This document shows, piece after piece, positions 58,962 to 64,000 of a DNA stretch of 64,000 nucleotides; within the stretch, counting starts at the first letter, position 1; the number at the start of each line of letters is the position of its first letter. Both the position numbers and the translations under genes were made by a program. Origin of the DNA: Candidatus Thorarchaeota archaeon (GTDB taxonomy: Archaea > Asgardarchaeota > Thorarchaeia > Thorarchaeales > Thorarchaeaceae); the NCBI GenBank assembly GCA_029855935.1, contig JAGSHN010000025.1, forward strand, positions 1 to 64,000, in the 5' to 3' direction. The notes under the pieces were generated by a model. The model saw nothing but the letters and a program-made list of their open reading frames with translations. It was not told the origin of the DNA and did no database searches.

Positions 58962-59834
58962 ATGACTGCCGTGGTCAGCTGCCCCGCCGAGATTCGTCGT
59001 GGTACCCTCCACGACTGCCGCGACCTGCTGACGGTCTATCAGACGACACGATGGTTCTCCCGCCAATACAGTACTGTCGAAGAGGTGAAGAGCGAACACA
59101 GGGGTCGGCTCTTCAACAGACGAGAGTGGCGTGTAGCTGTTATGGATGACAGGGTGGTCGGTGAGACTGTGTTCCGGAACGAGGAGACATCGTGGGGTGG
59201 CCTCATAGGGATAATAGACAGCATCGACGTGGACATCCGTTATCAGAAGCAACACATTGGCACGGGACTCGTCAGGAACGCAGAGCAAGAGCTCGCCCAG
59301 AGAGGAGCAACAAGAGTAGTGACCTACACGGCCCCAGAGAACTACAACTTCTGGATGAAGCTCGGGTACTTCTCCCGAGGCTCCATTGTGAGGCTGCGGT
59401 GCAGACTCGCAGATGTGAGGACCAGGGGGACTCTCAGCGTCAGAGGGAAACCACTCGCAGAGTTCTATCATACGCCCCGCATCTTGAGGTACTCCAATGT
59501 TGCCACCCCGGGACTTGTGGGAAGACTAGCGTCAGAGATAGTCGATCGGGGGCACCGAGGCCGCGTGCTTCAAGTGGTCAGGGACGAGAAGACCATCGGT
59601 GTGGCTGTGGTGCTGAAGAGAGACCCGGTCCGGGGCGAGATAGCTGTGGATGTCTATCCTGGTAATGAGAATCTGATGCAAGATGCAATCATCCTTGCAC
59701 TACGGGCATCATCGAGATACAGGGTGAGTGAGGTGGAGTGCCTTGTGCCTAGTGACAGGACACACTACTTTGAGGAAACGGGGTCGTGGCGAGTTGAGGA
59801 CCCGCTTCTTGTGCCCGTCACAAGACTCCTATGA
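58962..59834 (+). CDS. GNAT family N-acetyltransferase (tandem GNAT-like)
   Basis: IDVDIRYQKQHIGTGLV...NFWMKLGY; start likely ATG 58962. Confidence 0.82.
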   Translation: MTAVVSCPAEIRRGTLHDCRDLLTVYQTTRWFSRQYSTVEEVKSEHRGRLFNRREWRVAVMDDRVVGETVFRNEETSWGGLIGIIDSIDVDIRYQKQHIGTGLVRNAEQELAQRGATRVVTYTAPENYNFWMKLGYFSRGSIVRLRCRLADVRTRGTLSVRGKPLAEFYHTPRILRYSNVATPGLVGRLASEIVDRGHRGRVLQVVRDEKTIGVAVVLKRDPVRGEIAVDVYPGNENLMQDAIILALRASSRYRVSEVECLVPSDRTHYFEETGSWRVEDPLLVPVTRLL

Positions 59835-61415
59835 CTCCTCCTCGGCTTGTGCCTGAAGCACCATGTGATACAGCCAGTTGGTGAATATCAATGCCACACC
59901 CACAGACCATATGCTGGCAAGATTGAGATGCCAGACAATGAGCTCTGGGGTGTTCACACCGAGAACGAAGAACAGGCCAAGGGTGACGACAAAGAACAGC
60001 CCATCGACAAGAAGCATGCTCCTGACAGGCAGCCCCCTCTTCAGGCGGATGAGAGGAATTGAGAACGCCACAGCGAGTAGGACTATGCCACTCGCCATCT
60101 CCTCAATCTTCAGCGAGGCAAAGCCAAAGTCGCGGCTTGTCTCGGCCGTTAGACCCTCTGGAGTTTCGACCACTACTTTCACTGTGTGCTGCCACTTTGT
60201 GTAGTTGCCAACGTCGATTGTGAAGTTGAACAGACCGGGGGCCGCCGAAACGCCGACAAGTCCCGGCACAGGTTCGTCGTCAACATAGACCGTGACATTG
60301 ACATGGTCCCACGTTGACTCGATACGCACCGTGAACTCGGCAAGGCCGACCACAACATCGCTGCTTGGTCCGACAAAGGAGATCTCGGGGGACCCGTGAT
60401 TGTTGACGATCAGTATGAGTTCCACGGTCCAACTGTGTCCATAGGGGTCGTAGGCAATGAAGGTGAAGTTATGCTCGCCCTCAGAGAGATATGTTGTGTC
60501 CATAGTGAACGTCGAGATGCCACTAGGAACGGTGATATTGGCTACATCGGGGGCGAGGTCGCCGTCCACGTAGACCGTGAGGTTGACAGTATCGTAAGGG
60601 GTGAAGACCTTGATCCTGAACTCCTGCTCTCCTGACACCTCGGAGTACTGGACAGTCTCAAGCAACGCAAATCTCACATAGTCGAGGAAGTTCACCTGAC
60701 GTGATGCGCTTGCCGAGAGACCCTCCTCCGTCCAGACTGTGACATCCACGAGATTCTCTCCGTTCTCGTACCGACTACCGTTGATAGTGTAGTTGTTGAG
60801 GCCGACGGGAACCTTGGTGCCGTTGAACTCCGGCGTGATCTCTCCATTCACTGATACGTTGAGATAGACCTCTGGATAATCAGCCGTGATGTTCAGGGTC
60901 AGGTTATCGAGCCCGGTAAAGAAATCGTCAACGCCAGGGCTCACTATTGTAACGTGTGGAGGACCGTGATTGTTGACTTCGAACACAAGATGGTAGGTCT
61001 CCCGGTCAGGAGGCGTGAAAGTCTGGTTCTCGAAGAGTAGCGTGAAGTTGCGGAGGCCCTCCGAGAGGGTTGTCGTGTTGACTGTGACGTTCTGCACGCC
61101 AGTCCCAATCAGGGTCCTGTTATAGTCCGGGTATATCATACCATCAACGAAGAGCGTGAGGTTGAGAGGACCGTTCGCCGACGTGATGTTCAACGTGACG
61201 TTGACGGTGCCGACCAGCTCAGACTGGTTCGCCGGGCTCAGCAGGGCTATGGTTATGTTTGGAGAGTCGTAGCCCGCTGGATTGAATGTCGCCGCCTTCG
61301 CAGCGCAATCAGACGTGGCATTGACAGTGGCTCCGGGGGCCGCCGGGGCCACAACAGCCGCACCCACCATCATGACCGTCACGAACAACAGTACCAATAG
61401 ACTCGATTTCCTCAT
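59829..61415 (-). CDS. Secreted Ig-like repeat glycoprotein with 3-TM C-terminal anchor
   Basis: Signal peptide; four ~95-aa repeats (LSEG.xNFT, NNHGxP); very many N-x-S/T sequons. Confidence 0.8.
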   Translation of the reverse strand: MRKSSLLVLLFVTVMMVGAAVVAPAAPGATVNATSDCAAKAATFNPAGYDSPNITIALLSPANQSELVGTVNVTLNITSANGPLNLTLFVDGMIYPDYNRTLIGTGVQNVTVNTTTLSEGLRNFTLLFENQTFTPPDRETYHLVFEVNNHGPPHVTIVSPGVDDFFTGLDNLTLNITADYPEVYLNVSVNGEITPEFNGTKVPVGLNNYTINGSRYENGENLVDVTVWTEEGLSASASRQVNFLDYVRFALLETVQYSEVSGEQEFRIKVFTPYDTVNLTVYVDGDLAPDVANITVPSGISTFTMDTTYLSEGEHNFTFIAYDPYGHSWTVELILIVNNHGSPEISFVGPSSDVVVGLAEFTVRIESTWDHVNVTVYVDDEPVPGLVGVSAAPGLFNFTIDVGNYTKWQHTVKVVVETPEGLTAETSRDFGFASLKIEEMASGIVLLAVAFSIPLIRLKRGLPVRSMLLVDGLFFVVTLGLFFVLGVNTPELIVWHLNLASIWSVGVALIFTNWLYHMVLQAQAEEES

Positions 61416-61594
61416 TGTCACGCCTTCCTGACACCCAGGAGTCTGTTAGTCGGGCGACTGAGCCGTCAACCAGAACCCCATTTTTAAAGCTAGCGCAAGT
61501 CGTGACGCTGTACTATCGGTCGAGTGGCTACGAGAATGTGTTCACACCACAACTGTTTTTGAAGCGACGTGCAGAACTGTGCACGGTCACAAAC

Positions 61595-62131
61595 GTGAGA
61601 AAGTGGGAATTCACCAGCACTGACGGTAGATCCATCACTGTGAGGGAGGCGTTCCCCGAGGACGCCCAGAACATGCATACGGGTTTCTCGGATGTCGTCA
61701 GAGAGGGCAAGTGGCTCCCCACGTATCGTCCCAACGGAACGATATCTGACTGGGTGTCGTGGATCCATCGGGCGAAACGCAGCCGAGAGATACTGCTTGT
61801 TGGCGAGGTCGATATGAGGTACGCTGGTCATCTCAGCATCCAGCCTGAGGAGTGGGATGCATCTCGTCACGTTGGTCGGCTGGGCGTCATAGTGGTACAG
61901 CCGCTCAGAGGGATTGGCGTGGGGAGAGCACTGCTGCAGGTCGCAGAGATGGTGGCCGCGGAGAAGGGCTATGAGAAGATAGTCCTCTCGACCTTCAGCA
62001 ACAATTGTATTGCCAGACACCTCTATGAGAGTGTAGGATATCGAATGGTCGGAGTCAGAGAAAAACACTTTGTGATGGGCGGAAACTATATCGATGAGAT
62101 TCTCTATGAGAAGCTGCTTGAGCCTTTCTAG
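61595..62131 (+). CDS. GNAT family N-acetyltransferase
   Basis: RHVGRLGV...RGIGVGRALL...NNCIARHLYESVGY; start uncertain (GTG 61595 chosen). Confidence 0.85.
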   Translation: MRKWEFTSTDGRSITVREAFPEDAQNMHTGFSDVVREGKWLPTYRPNGTISDWVSWIHRAKRSREILLVGEVDMRYAGHLSIQPEEWDASRHVGRLGVIVVQPLRGIGVGRALLQVAEMVAAEKGYEKIVLSTFSNNCIARHLYESVGYRMVGVREKHFVMGGNYIDEILYEKLLEPF

Positions 62132-62161
62132 GTCCTAACGAGAGACGATGGCTGTGATTCA

Positions 62162-62671
62162 ATGTGGCAACGTATGGTTGAGGTTCTCGGTGACTCTCCG
62201 CAGAGACTGATGGTCGGGCAGGGCATCGTCCGACACGGACTCAGAGTGGCTGGCCCAGGCGACATCAGATGTGGTGAGATTAGAATTCCTCTGAAGTCCG
62301 TGGGGAGAGCGCTGGGCGTGGACCGACGAACGGTCCGAGCCACCACTGAGGCGATATGTGCAGATGAGGACCTCTTCAGGTTCTTCTCCAGACTCAGTCC
62401 GGCTGGACCCTCGCTGGAGAGGGTGAGTGACGTCTTCGGATACGGAGTTGTCATAATCTATGTCGAGAGCCCAGAGAATCCCGGCATTCTGTCCCAGGTC
62501 GCTTCTGTGATCGCAGACCATGGGGTGGCCATCAGACAGGTTATCGCCGAGGACGTGGCCATCTATCCCGAGCCGTGCCTGCGAGTCATAACGCAAGAAA
62601 CACTCCCGGGCTCCCTAATCAATGTCCTCGCGTCCATTGAGGGAGTCAGCAGGGTCGTCATTGAGAAGTAG
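62162..62671 (+). CDS. HTH/ACT-domain regulator of amino acid metabolism (COG2150-like)
   Basis: GRALGVDRRTV; PGILSQVASVIADHGVAIRQ. Confidence 0.85.
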   Translation: MWQRMVEVLGDSPQRLMVGQGIVRHGLRVAGPGDIRCGEIRIPLKSVGRALGVDRRTVRATTEAICADEDLFRFFSRLSPAGPSLERVSDVFGYGVVIIYVESPENPGILSQVASVIADHGVAIRQVIAEDVAIYPEPCLRVITQETLPGSLINVLASIEGVSRVVIEK

Positions 62672-62757
62672 TATCGGCGCCCACGGCCTCCTCCTGTAAG
62701 TGAGGGGGCTTCGTGAAAGGATGGACACAATGCCTCGTCCTGAAGAACACTAGAGCC

Positions 62758-63588
62758 CTACACTACCTTCTTGAGATATGCGTACAGAGCGCCCCAGCCT
62801 AGGACAGCGACCAGTGGCACCGTGAAGAACACCAATGCGCGAGCCAGAGCCACAAATAGCAACACAGGAGTGCCATTCCGGCGCTCATTCCACAGGATGA
62901 TTGTGTCGAGGACGACTGCAGGAATCGAAAACAGGAACGGATTCGTAGCAAGCGTGAACTGAGCCGCTGACTGGAAGAATTCGACGGGAGGGTACGGACT
63001 GGCACCGAAGACGAGTGCCATCAATGCGAGCAACAACGCGCGCAGAATGACGATCAGTAACACAATTAGGTATCCAATCGCTGCAAGCCAGGCGATACTG
63101 CTGCGGTTGCCCCTTCTGTAGGCATTAAACCCTCGGAAGATCTGCAAGAAACCATATACGTACAGAAACACAGAGAAAACAGTGGCAAGCACGGCAGTAG
63201 CCGTTGGGTAATGGACGTATACACCAAAGAGCCACGCGAGTGAGGCACCCACCGCGATGACGAACGATCCGGAAGAGATCCTCCCCACAACATAGGGATC
63301 CAGCCCTGCCGAAGGACGTGCCCACTCCTCACGTCGAGGCGGAGCGATGACTGGCTGCACGGCCGGGGCATAGGAACGTTGCGACGACAATGTCGCGGGC
63401 TCGACCATCGGAGACTCCGGTTGTGACACCGCTTGAGGTTCGCTCACCGATATCCCAAATCCCCTCGCACAGTCTATGCAGTAGGCGACTCCGGATACCG
63501 TATGCGTGCACTCCTCACATAGGGGTCTTCCGCAAAAGGCGCAAGTGTTGACGGCTTCTCTGTCCGGATGGTAGAAACATGGGTCCAC
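62758..63588 (-). CDS. B-box zinc finger membrane protein
   Basis: CFYHPDREAVNTCAFCGRPLCEEC...YCIDC followed by about five TM segments. Confidence 0.8.
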   Translation of the reverse strand: MDPCFYHPDREAVNTCAFCGRPLCEECTHTVSGVAYCIDCARGFGISVSEPQAVSQPESPMVEPATLSSQRSYAPAVQPVIAPPRREEWARPSAGLDPYVVGRISSGSFVIAVGASLAWLFGVYVHYPTATAVLATVFSVFLYVYGFLQIFRGFNAYRRGNRSSIAWLAAIGYLIVLLIVILRALLLALMALVFGASPYPPVEFFQSAAQFTLATNPFLFSIPAVVLDTIILWNERRNGTPVLLFVALARALVFFTVPLVAVLGWGALYAYLKKVV

Positions 63589-64000
63589 TCGATACTTCCT
63601 CCGTGTGCCGAGTCATCAGAGTTATCTACTACGCAACGTCCAGCCTAGAGACGCCACACATCTGCTGAAATAGCTTACTGGTCTAGACTAGCCAACACTG
63701 TGCCCCCCCCGGCGTCTGGCCATATCGTTTCCGCAGTATGTCTTGAAACATCACTATGCCAGTCCGAGGACACTAGGATGGGGCACGGGAACTAGCTGCC
63801 TCTGCTGGAATACGAACGCCCAGAGCGTAAGCGCTCTGCAGCAGCCACCTGCGTTCGAAACTATGCCCCCTCCGCGACACTAAAAAGAGAGCTCTCGGGG
63901 CCTGATGTCATTCCGGGGGTTGATAGATATGGCAGTGAACACAACCGGGAATGGCGGTCCGCACGACATCAACCCCTCTCAGATTCAAGCGTCAGATATG

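Noticed and set aside
237-63511. Numerous long overlapping or antisense ORFs in the track (e.g. 19710-20597, 20315-21010, 33386-34141, 36219-36974, 50703-51437)
   Set aside because: Shadow frames of well-supported genes in GC-rich DNA; they have no motifs of their own.

Overview
GC-rich archaeal DNA whose gene content points to an Asgard archaeon, most likely Thorarchaeia (inference from a gelsolin-domain protein, two Roadblock/LC7 proteins, longin-like paralogs, split Alg13/Alg14, Topo VI, Cdc48 with an HbYX tail and ThiR-ThiBPQ). The most striking item is an AT-rich island (~2160-6020). It holds two radical SAM enzymes resembling the HxsB/HxsC pair, preceded by a 46-aa ORF missing from the ORF track (4606-4746, minus strand; MAKIRVYSKRIGSDIEIEITELARIGKEAFG-HTG-WNR-WSR-WSR-GPN). 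This looks like a RiPP precursor with consecutive aromatic-X-X triplets, i.e. a candidate triceptide (cyclophane) pathway, and it sits next to a VapBC-type pair. Other notable items: (i) an ArsR-controlled SAM methyltransferase fused to the start of an HgcA/CdhD-like corrinoid domain, cut by the window edge; (ii) a PARIS/OLD-like ATPase+TOPRIM pair; (iii) a 2233-aa FG-GAP/Ig surface protein; (iv) tandem NPRL2/3-like longin-wHTH paralogs near a Roadblock gene; (v) an AN1-zinc-finger-M50 protease/sHsp/Cdc48 cluster with a structured leader; (vi) a cluster of gelsolin-like, polyproline and SNAP-like genes; (vii) a Top6A with an altered TOPRIM DxD motif. I found no rRNA, tRNA, CRISPR array or intact transposase. 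All family calls come from motif recognition by eye, not from database searches.
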